A DNA stretch of 64,000 nt from Thermoplasmatota archaeon. Lineage in GTDB: Archaea; Thermoplasmatota; E2; JACPAO01; JAHFTW01. The position numbers and the translations under genes are program-made. The stretch lies in the NCBI GenBank assembly GCA_049602735.1, contig JBMYRW010000007.1, positions 4,370 to 68,369 on the forward strand, given 5' to 3'. Below, one piece after another: positions 15,980 through 22,565 of this stretch. How positions within the stretch are numbered: position 1 is the first letter of the stretch; the number at the start of each line of letters is the position of its first letter. The notes below the pieces were generated by a model, which saw only the letters and a list, made by a program, of their open reading frames with translations, was not told where the DNA came from and did no database searches.

Positions 15980-16488
15980 ACGACGACCCCGACAACCAGG
16001 TCGCATGGGCGGCCGCCCGCGGCCCCGCCAAGCTGGCGGACGTGCTCTTCACCGCCAAGAAGGTCAACCGCCTGGCGCCAACGCAGGTGGTCCGCGCCGA
16101 TCGGGTGCTGGGGGATGCCCACGTCCGCAGCGCCGCGCTCCACGCCCACCGCGCCTTCGCCGAGGGCCGCAACCAGGCGGACCGGTTGGAGGTGGAGTTC
16201 ACCCGTTACCTGGCCGGGGAACGGCAGATCAAACGCGCCATCGCCAAGATGGGGCTCCCCGACGTCGCCGATGCCCTCGTGGTCGTGGCCCTCGGGGAGA
16301 AGCGGACCGATGCCGTGCAGTTGTTCCTCCATCAGCTGGGGCTCGTGGAGGACGACGCTTTGGCGGACGCGACGCCAGAGAAGCTGGCAGACTGGGGCTT
16401 CACGTCGGAGCAGTTCGCCGCCACGACGCCCAAGGTCCACGGCGATCTGGTGCTCGAGGCGGTGGCCGCCGTCGACCTCATGAAATGA
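15976..16488 (+). CDS. cgi121: KEOPS subunit Cgi121
   Basis: LEVEFTRYLAGERQIKRAIAKMG and C-terminal LVLEAVAAVDLMK match the archaeal Cgi121 pattern (ILVR.SGQRQI.EAI...G ... LEKIALIELKK). The GTG at 15976 overlaps the Hel308 stop (GTGA). The ATG at 15964 is an alternative start. Confidence 0.6.
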   Translation: MNDDPDNQVAWAAARGPAKLADVLFTAKKVNRLAPTQVVRADRVLGDAHVRSAALHAHRAFAEGRNQADRLEVEFTRYLAGERQIKRAIAKMGLPDVADALVVVALGEKRTDAVQLFLHQLGLVEDDALADATPEKLADWGFTSEQFAATTPKVHGDLVLEAVAAVDLMK

Positions 16489-16594
16489 GGGGGCGCGGGC
16501 GGCGGTCAGTCACGTTGATATAGGGCACCGGGGTCGGCGGCTCCTACCGGGCCCGCGGGGCCCGCAGTACGCCCACAGAAGGCGTGCGTGACCT

Positions 16595-16668
16595 GGTCCC
16601 ATGGGGTAGCTTGGATATCCTGAAAGCTTGCGGAGCTTTTGACCCGTGTTCGAATCGCGGTGGGACCG
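16595..16668 (+). tRNA. tRNA-Arg (anticodon GCG)
   Basis: GGTCCCATGGGGTAGCTTGGATATCCTGAAAGCTTGCGGAGCTTTTGACCCGTGTTCGAATCGCGGTGGGACCG. It has acceptor stem GGTCCCA/TGGGACC, anticodon stem AAAGC/GCTTT with loop TTGCGGA, and T arm CCGTG-TTCGAAT-CGCGG. Confidence 0.85.
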
Positions 16669-16801
16669 CTTCATCCGGAACGGTCCATCCGTTTCCGGTC
16701 CTTCGCCTGCGGCGCGAGCCGCCCTGGCTTCCACTCCAGGTATAGTGCTTTCTCCTAGCTCTGGCGAAAGGGTTTACCCCACCAGGCACCAAGTAGAGTG
16801 C

Positions 16802-16942
16802 ATGAGCGAGCGGGACATGGATTCCTACTGTGAGGTCTGCACCGAGGTCACCACGCATCACGTCAGCGCCGACGACCCCGGCTCCTGCGTCTGCACGGTC
16901 TGCGACCACAGGCAGTTGCTCATGGTCCCGATGGACGACTGA
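16802..16942 (+). CDS. Small zinc-ribbon protein (46 aa)
   Basis: MSERDMDSYCEVCTEVTTHHVSADDPGSCVCTVCDHRQLLMVPMDD. It has a CxxC...CxxC pattern and GC-rich third codon positions. A TATA-like gtatag lies about 60 nt upstream. Confidence 0.45.
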   Translation: MSERDMDSYCEVCTEVTTHHVSADDPGSCVCTVCDHRQLLMVPMDD

Positions 16943-16947
16943 CGGGG

Positions 16948-17109
16948 CTACCAGACCCTGTCCAGGTCCAGGTCGTCCCCTTCGTCGTCCGCCTCTTCGG
17001 CGGCCGGTTCGGGGGCCTCTTTGGCCTTCTTGCGGCGGCGTTCCAGCTCATCGAACTGGTCCAGCAGGCCTCGAGGACGCTTGTCGTCCTCGCCCCGGCG
17101 CCGCTTCAT
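16948..17109 (-). CDS. Possible small charged protein (53 aa)
   Basis: MKRRRGEDDKRPRGLLDQFDELERRRKKAKEAPEPAAEEADDEGDDLDLDRVW. GAAGGGG lies directly upstream of the ATG. It is convergent with the zinc-ribbon ORF. Confidence 0.3.
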   Translation of the reverse strand: MKRRRGEDDKRPRGLLDQFDELERRRKKAKEAPEPAAEEADDEGDDLDLDRVW

Positions 17110-17179
17110 ACCCCTTCGAGTCCGGCCGCGAGCATAACCATGCCGGAACGGCCAAGCCCACCAGGCCTTTGGCTGGTGC

Positions 17180-17833
17180 GTGAAGGCGGCGGTCCTCGAT
17201 TTTGACGGCGTGGTGGCCCAGAGCATGGAACAGCACGCCGAAGCGTACCGCCTGGCCCTTGCGCCCCTTGGCGTCGACGTGAGCCAGCAGGCGGTCTTCG
17301 AACGTGAAGGGGCGCGCAGCGAGACGATCATCGCGGACCTCCTTGCGGCGGCGGGTCGCCCAATCCCGGACGAACAAGAGATCGGGCGCCTGGCGGACAC
17401 GAAGCAACGGCACTTCCGTGAACTGGGCGAGGTGCGGCTCTATCCCGGGGCCCAGCAGATGGTCGAAGCCCTGGCCGCCAGCCCTCTGAAGCTGGCCCTG
17501 GTGACCGGCACGCGCCGCAGCAACCTGGAACGCCTCATCCCGGACCTCCTGCCCCTGTTCGATGCGGTGGCGGCGCAGGAGGACTACACGCACGACAAGC
17601 CCCACCCTGAGCCGTACGCCAACGCCGCGAGCGCGCTGGGCCTCGCTCGAGCGGACTGCATGGCCTTGGAGAACGCGGTGCGGGGCGTCGAGAGTGCCCG
17701 AGCTGCAGGCTACGGCCAGGTCTTCGGCATCGCGACCACCATGCCCGCCGAGCGCCTCCTTGATGCCGGGGCCGCGCGCGTCGTGGCCGACCAGGCTGAA
17801 GCGACCGCCCTCTTGCTGGATCAGGCCGCGTGA
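17180..17833 (+). CDS. HAD-superfamily hydrolase (beta-phosphoglucomutase-like subfamily IA)
   Basis: Motif I DFDGVV, motif II LVTGT and motif IV ENAVRGVESARAAG. GTG start. Confidence 0.8.
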   Translation: MKAAVLDFDGVVAQSMEQHAEAYRLALAPLGVDVSQQAVFEREGARSETIIADLLAAAGRPIPDEQEIGRLADTKQRHFRELGEVRLYPGAQQMVEALAASPLKLALVTGTRRSNLERLIPDLLPLFDAVAAQEDYTHDKPHPEPYANAASALGLARADCMALENAVRGVESARAAGYGQVFGIATTMPAERLLDAGAARVVADQAEATALLLDQAA

Positions 17834-18318
17834 CCCGCGCGCCGGTGGTGGGCGTCATGGGTGGCGGGAAGGCTGCACCGGCGGTCACGCAGCTCGCCGA
17901 AGCACTAGGCGCCGCCGTCGCCCGCCGGGGCTGGTGGCTGCTGACGGGTGGCCGCGATGCCGGCGTCATGGCGGCGGCGACCCGAGGGGCCAAGCACGAG
18001 GGCGGCCGCGTGGTCGGCGTCCTTCCTGGTCGCCGGGGCGACGGCGGCGAGGCTCCGGGCCTGGACCTGGCGATCTACACCGGTATGGGGGATGCGCGCA
18101 ACGTGGTCAACGTGCTCTCCAGCGACGTCGTCCTGGCCCTGCCGGGCGGCGCGGGGACGCTCTCGGAGGTGGCGTTGGCGGTGAAGTCCGGCATCCCCGT
18201 GGCCCTTGTCGTGCCCGATGGCGCACCCGCATGGGCGGCCGAGCTTGGCGTGCCGTGCCTTCCCGACGTGGCTGGCGCCGTCGCGTGGGTCGACGAGCGG
18301 CTTCAGGCGAAGAGCTGA
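17830..18318 (+). CDS. TIGR00725/LOG-like Rossmann protein
   Basis: VGVMGGG...LLTGGRDAGVMAAATRGAKHEGGRVVGVLP...PGGAGTLSE is typical of the LOG / lysine-decarboxylase-like family. It overlaps the HAD stop (GTGA). Confidence 0.6.
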   Translation: MTRAPVVGVMGGGKAAPAVTQLAEALGAAVARRGWWLLTGGRDAGVMAAATRGAKHEGGRVVGVLPGRRGDGGEAPGLDLAIYTGMGDARNVVNVLSSDVVLALPGGAGTLSEVALAVKSGIPVALVVPDGAPAWAAELGVPCLPDVAGAVAWVDERLQAKS

Positions 18319-19436
18319 CGCGCGGCGGCCACATCGGCGGGTCGCTCGTTGGGGTCGTCGCGGCATAGGGCGCTCACGATCTTCTGGTCCTCCTCCGGTA
18401 CACCCGCGTCCTTCAGGGCTGCCAGGAGTTCGTCGTGTTCCCAGCCCCGCTGCGGCCGTTGGCCCATGCAGAGGAACGCGTACAGCCGGCCGAAATTGCA
18501 CAGGTCGCTGCGCACGGTGCCACGGGCACCAAGACCGTCGTCCTCCTTGCGCCGCATCTCAGGGGCGATGTACCCCGGCGTGCCGAGTGCCGCCCGACTG
18601 CGCACACAGCCATCCACAAGGGGTCGCGCGACGCCGACATCGATGACCTCCAAGTGGCCGTCGTCGCGGGCGATGAAGTTGCCCGGCGCCTGATCGAGGA
18701 GCAGGAAGCCCTGCTCGTGGCAGTGGCCAAGGATGTCGAGGATCTGCGTGGCCCAAGCGAGCCGCTTCGACCGGTCATCGGTCACGGGCGGGGCCGCCTT
18801 GTTGAGCGGCTCGCCGACGGCGTAGCTGCGCACCATGTGCAGAAGGCCGCGATGGGTGAAGCCGTCCACCAGGCGCGGGATGAGGGGATGGTCGAGGCGG
18901 CCCAGGATCGCCATCTCGATCGCCGTCGCCTTCTGGCCGGTGCGGATGGAGTTGAGGACGCCCCAGGCATGCTTGACGATCACTTCCTGCCCGGTCTGTC
19001 GGTCCTTGCACAGGTGGGCGATGCCCATGGAGCCACGCCCAATCTCCCGGATGCGCTCGTAGCGGCCGGCGAAGACCTCGGGCGGCTCCTCCAGGGGAAG
19101 CTCGAGGTAGCCCAGGTTGCGCAGGCGCCAGATGTACTTCCGGGCGAGCTTGCGCTTGTCGCGGCTGCGCAGGATGCGCTCTGTGGGGTAGTCCGGCATC
19201 GCTTTGCCCATCTCTTCCAGCGTGGCGCCTTGGGCCAGGCCATCGATGACGTCGAGGCAACTGGCGTGGACGCGTTGCCAGGTGTCCGAGCCGTCCCAGT
19301 AGACCTCGCCCCAGGAAGGTTCGCCTTCGAGGCGGCGCGTCGGGGGGAGGCGGTCGATCACGGGCGGCGGGAAGAAGCGCTCCGGCTCCTCCACGTCGGG
19401 GACCTCCAGGCCGAGTTGCTCCGTCAGGCTGCGCAC
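18303..19436 (-). CDS. Ser/Thr protein kinase with N-terminal PqqD(RRE)-like winged-helix region
   Basis: Kinase motifs: Gly-loop IGRGSMG, VIVKH Lys, catalytic LLLDQAPGN (non-RD), DVG (DFG-like) and APE. Residues ~43-112 (EVYWDGSDTWQRVHASCLDVIDGLAQGATLEEMGKAM...KLARKYIWRLRNLGYLEL) follow the PqqD-like pattern. The GTG start overlaps the pmbA stop by 13 nt. Confidence 0.75.
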   Translation of the reverse strand: MRSLTEQLGLEVPDVEEPERFFPPPVIDRLPPTRRLEGEPSWGEVYWDGSDTWQRVHASCLDVIDGLAQGATLEEMGKAMPDYPTERILRSRDKRKLARKYIWRLRNLGYLELPLEEPPEVFAGRYERIREIGRGSMGIAHLCKDRQTGQEVIVKHAWGVLNSIRTGQKATAIEMAILGRLDHPLIPRLVDGFTHRGLLHMVRSYAVGEPLNKAAPPVTDDRSKRLAWATQILDILGHCHEQGFLLLDQAPGNFIARDDGHLEVIDVGVARPLVDGCVRSRAALGTPGYIAPEMRRKEDDGLGARGTVRSDLCNFGRLYAFLCMGQRPQRGWEHDELLAALKDAGVPEEDQKIVSALCRDDPNERPADVAAARQLFA

Positions 19437-20767
19437 GACACCCCTCCCCCCGAGAGCGCCGTGAAGGTTCCGCTTCGCGCCTCCACCTGTTCGCGCCCCA
19501 CGCCGTGCAGGTCCCGCATCAGGTCGTGGACGTTGCCGCCGATCGTCGTATGGGGCAGCGCGTGGACCACTTCGCCCTTCTCGATGAGGAAGCCGAACGG
19601 TGCCACGACGCTGAAGTCGCCCGTCGTCCGGTTGCTGCTGAAGAAGCCGGCCAGAGGATCGGTGACCAGGACGGCGCGGTCTTCGGCCGCGATGAGCTCC
19701 TCCAGGCTCTTGTCGCCACCACCCACCACGGGATGGACGGGTGCCACGCCGACGCCGCTGCTCCAGCCGCCGGCGCGCAGGCCCCGGCCGTTGCTGCCGG
19801 TCCCCGCTGCGGCCCCAGACCGGGTGTCATGGAGCACGTTCCGCAGGAGGCCATCCGTGACGAGGTCCAACGGATCGCACGGTGTCCCTTCATGGTCGAA
19901 CCGCCGGACGCGGTGGCCAGCGGGGGCGTCGCGGATGTCCAGAAGCGGCGAAGCCACCTGTTCGCCCAAGCGCCCCGCGAAGGGGCCCTTGCCCGTCTCG
20001 ACGAGCCGCCCGGAAAGGGGGTGGAGGAACATGGAGACGAACTGGCCGGCCGCTTGAGGTGCCAGCACCACGTCCGTGACGGGGCGACCAAGGGGTTTGT
20101 GCTGGAGGGCATCTGCGGTGCGACGGGCCAGGGCGCCACCCACGCGTTCGATCTCCGACATCTGGAGTCCTTCGCGGGCGGCCAGCAGGTCCATGCCGGT
20201 CCGCTGGGCCTGCGTGCCCACCTCGCCGGCGCGCGTGTCCAGCAGCATCCATTCCAAGGACGTCTCGTCCCACGCCTGGTGCCCCGTGTCGTTGGCGACC
20301 GCGAAGCGACTGCGGCTGGAGGCGACCGTGACCGCCCGGTAGGTGCAGGCCTCCTGGTCAAGCGCCGCCATCGCCGCCGCGCCAAGCGCCTCCAAGCGCG
20401 CTGGGTCAGGGTCCCGGAACACTTCCGGCGTCGCCGAGGGCGTGTCACTCGACCTTGTGGCCGGTGCGGCGAAGCCGGCAAACGCCACATCCACCGGGGC
20501 CTGACGGGCGGCCAGGCACGCCTCATCCACCAGTTCCGCGATGCGGCCGGAGCCAGAACTGGACGCCTGGCCGGGCCGGCCGTCCACCACGACGCGCAGG
20601 GCCATCCCCAGGCTGTGGCTTGCCTTCGGCGCCGTGAAGCCCTCCCGGCACACCCAGTTGAGCGACCGCCCCTCCTGGATGAACGCCTCGGCGTGGTCGG
20701 CGCCCGCGGCCAGCGCCCCCTCGACGCTCCGTTCGGCGTGGTCCTGCAGCTCTTCGATGGGCCTCAT
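19424..20767 (-). CDS. pmbA: PmbA/TldE metalloprotease partner subunit
   Basis: TldD/PmbA family fold with no HExxxH motif. The start MRPIEELQDHAERSVE at 20767 gives an ATGA overlap with the tldD stop, so the track N-terminal extension to 20857 is rejected. Confidence 0.8.
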   Translation of the reverse strand: MRPIEELQDHAERSVEGALAAGADHAEAFIQEGRSLNWVCREGFTAPKASHSLGMALRVVVDGRPGQASSSGSGRIAELVDEACLAARQAPVDVAFAGFAAPATRSSDTPSATPEVFRDPDPARLEALGAAAMAALDQEACTYRAVTVASSRSRFAVANDTGHQAWDETSLEWMLLDTRAGEVGTQAQRTGMDLLAAREGLQMSEIERVGGALARRTADALQHKPLGRPVTDVVLAPQAAGQFVSMFLHPLSGRLVETGKGPFAGRLGEQVASPLLDIRDAPAGHRVRRFDHEGTPCDPLDLVTDGLLRNVLHDTRSGAAAGTGSNGRGLRAGGWSSGVGVAPVHPVVGGGDKSLEELIAAEDRAVLVTDPLAGFFSSNRTTGDFSVVAPFGFLIEKGEVVHALPHTTIGGNVHDLMRDLHGVGREQVEARSGTFTALSGGGVSCAA

Positions 20768-22185
20768 GCCACCTGCCCACCGACCAGGGCCTCCGAGACG
20801 AGGACCTGCGGGCCGCCCGTGCCCACGTGGATGAGCGACTGGTCCCATTTGCCACATCCACCGAAGAACGTGGTGCGCAACCGGAAGTCGTCGGTGATCG
20901 CTTCGATGTTGCCGAAGAAGTCGAGGATGTTGCCGTTGATGGTGGCCATCTTGATGGGGTGGGACAATTCGCCGTCCTCCACCCAGTAGCCGCCTTCGGA
21001 CGTGAACGTGAAGGAGCCGTCGGAGCGGGGCGCCCCGCCGCGTCCCCCTTGCAGGTAGACGCCGGTGCCCAGGGCCTCCAGTGCCTCCTCTTGGCTGTGG
21101 TCGCCGGGCTCCATGAACGTGTTGCGCATGCGGACGATGGGCGCGTGGCTGACGTTGAGCGCCCTGGCGCTCCCCGTGGCCGCCACGTCCTGGTCGGAAG
21201 CCGAGTCCCGGCCGTGCAGGTACGCCGTCAGGGCGCCTTGGTCCACCAGGGTCACGTCGCGGCCCGGCGTCCCCTCCTGGTCGAACGGCACCACCACGCC
21301 ATGCTTGACCGGCCCAGGCATCCGTGGCACATCCCGGATCGTCACGTCACGGGGGGCCAGTCGTTCACCCAGCCGGTCCTGGAGGACGCTCCAGCCGGGG
21401 GCGACCACGTCGTACTCCGTCAAATGGCCGAAGCTCTCGTGCACCATGATGCCGGTGAGCTTGTTGTCGCAGAGGGTCCGGTAGCGGCCGGCCGTGATAG
21501 GCTTCGCCTCCAGGTCGACCTTCGCGGCGCGCCCGGCCGCCCTGCCGAGCGCCTCGGGGCCCCCTTCGTCCTCGTAGTCGCCGAAGCCCAGCTCGCCGCC
21601 GCGCCATTCGTTGCCGCTGCCATGGCGCGCACCATCACGGGCGAGCGTCTGGACGAGCAATGTGGAGAGCAGGTTCTCGGAGACCACGTGGCCTCCCGTC
21701 GAGTTGGCCACGACGGTCAGACCGCGCCGGGCACCGAAGCCCACCTGGGCCACCTGCCCAGGGACCTCTTCAAGCGCCGCCTCCTCCGCGCGCCGAAGCA
21801 GCCCGTAGGCCGCTTCGTCGGGGACGTCGTGGGGGTGTTCGCGGACATCTGGTGTGTGACGCCCCTTGTGGTCATGGAGGTCAGGAGCAAAGCCGTCCCA
21901 TCCCTGCCTGGCGTTCGCCTGGGCCAAGCGGCCGGCCTGGTCGACCAGGTCCCGGAGCGCATGGTGGGTCAGTTCGTTCGTGTAAGCGTACGCCGACGCG
22001 GCGCCCTCGAAGGCGCGGATGCCGATGCCGCCCACGTGGCTACGCCCCGCCGATCGGAGTTGGCCGTTGCGCAGCACCCATCGCCGGTCCTCTTGGATGT
22101 CGAGCCGTACCTCGAAGGCGGAGAGTCGTTGCTGCGCCAGTTCGACGGCTCGCTCGGTCCAGGATTCAGCGTCAGTGGGCTCCAC
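20764..22185 (-). CDS. tldD: TldD metalloprotease
   Basis: HExxxH-type motif GIMVHESFGHLTE. The start is set at GTG 22185 (VEPTDAESWTERAVELAQ), which has AAGGAG upstream. The track extension to 22404 has no homology-like content. Confidence 0.8.
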   Translation of the reverse strand: MEPTDAESWTERAVELAQQRLSAFEVRLDIQEDRRWVLRNGQLRSAGRSHVGGIGIRAFEGAASAYAYTNELTHHALRDLVDQAGRLAQANARQGWDGFAPDLHDHKGRHTPDVREHPHDVPDEAAYGLLRRAEEAALEEVPGQVAQVGFGARRGLTVVANSTGGHVVSENLLSTLLVQTLARDGARHGSGNEWRGGELGFGDYEDEGGPEALGRAAGRAAKVDLEAKPITAGRYRTLCDNKLTGIMVHESFGHLTEYDVVAPGWSVLQDRLGERLAPRDVTIRDVPRMPGPVKHGVVVPFDQEGTPGRDVTLVDQGALTAYLHGRDSASDQDVAATGSARALNVSHAPIVRMRNTFMEPGDHSQEEALEALGTGVYLQGGRGGAPRSDGSFTFTSEGGYWVEDGELSHPIKMATINGNILDFFGNIEAITDDFRLRTTFFGGCGKWDQSLIHVGTGGPQVLVSEALVGGQVA

Positions 22186-22203
22186 GGCAGGCTCCTTGGA
22201 ACG

Positions 22204-22270
22204 GAAGGTTGTGGGTTCAAAAGTGGGGGGTAGAGAGAGGGTAGAGGGAAAGTTTGGGGTCAAAACGGCA
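22204..22270 (-). terminator. CT-rich tract with T-runs downstream of the 36-aa ORF
   Basis: On the minus strand it reads ccgttttgaccccaaactttccctctaccctctctctaccccccacttttgaaccc, lying between the small ORF stop and the tldD start. Confidence 0.4.
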
Positions 22271-22282
22271 ACGTGCCGAGGC

Positions 22283-22393
22283 TTAGATAGCCTCGTCAGC
22301 GGTGGTACCGTTCGTGTCGTCCGCGCCCGTGGAGGCACCGGACGTGTCCAGGTCACCCAGCTCGGGCAGTTCGGGGATGTCGACCAGCAGCAT
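22283..22393 (-). CDS. Unannotated 36-aa acidic Ser/Thr-rich peptide (candidate precursor peptide)
   Basis: MLLVDIPELPELGDLDTSGASTGADDTNGTTADEAI. AAGGAGGTGA ends 7 nt upstream of the ATG. About 30 of 36 codons end in G/C. It has its own AT-rich upstream region and a CT-rich tract downstream. The peptide has 9 acidic and 0 basic residues. Confidence 0.6.
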   Translation of the reverse strand: MLLVDIPELPELGDLDTSGASTGADDTNGTTADEAI

Positions 22394-22470
22394 TTGTTGT
22401 TCACCTCCTTGAGGAGTTCCGGGGGCAGCAGCCAGCTGCTCCCGCGGCAAACCGGACCATTGCCCTACAG

Positions 22471-22479
22471 TAGATAAAG
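22471..22479 (-). promoter_or_regulatory. TATA-like element upstream of the 36-aa ORF
   Basis: On the minus strand it reads ctttatcta, about 80 nt upstream of the ATG, in the only AT-rich stretch between the ABC stop and the peptide ORF. Confidence 0.35.
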
Positions 22480-22509
22480 AGTCTCAAGCGTTACCGGTTT
22501 ATCGAACTT

Positions 22510-22525
22510 TGAACAATCCTGTTCA
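22510..22525. promoter_or_regulatory. Inverted repeat TGAACA-N4-TGTTCA upstream of the TATA-like element
   Basis: tgaacaatcctgttca has perfect 6-nt arms and lies about 30 nt upstream (sense orientation) of the TATA-like element. Confidence 0.4.
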
Positions 22526-22565
22526 TTGGAAACAAGTCCGTGGGGAGAGGAGCCGGCGAGGGGGC

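Noticed and set aside
20764-22404. N-terminal extensions of track ORFs (tldD to 22404, pmbA to 20857, gatE from 35035, usp to 53818, lemA to 50683, gcvT from 24643, rpoN to 58189, L18e to 59293, HK to 62907)
   Set aside because: The extensions are low-complexity, overlap neighbouring genes or promoters, and precede internal starts. Those internal starts have SD sequences or 4-nt overlaps and give family-typical N-termini.
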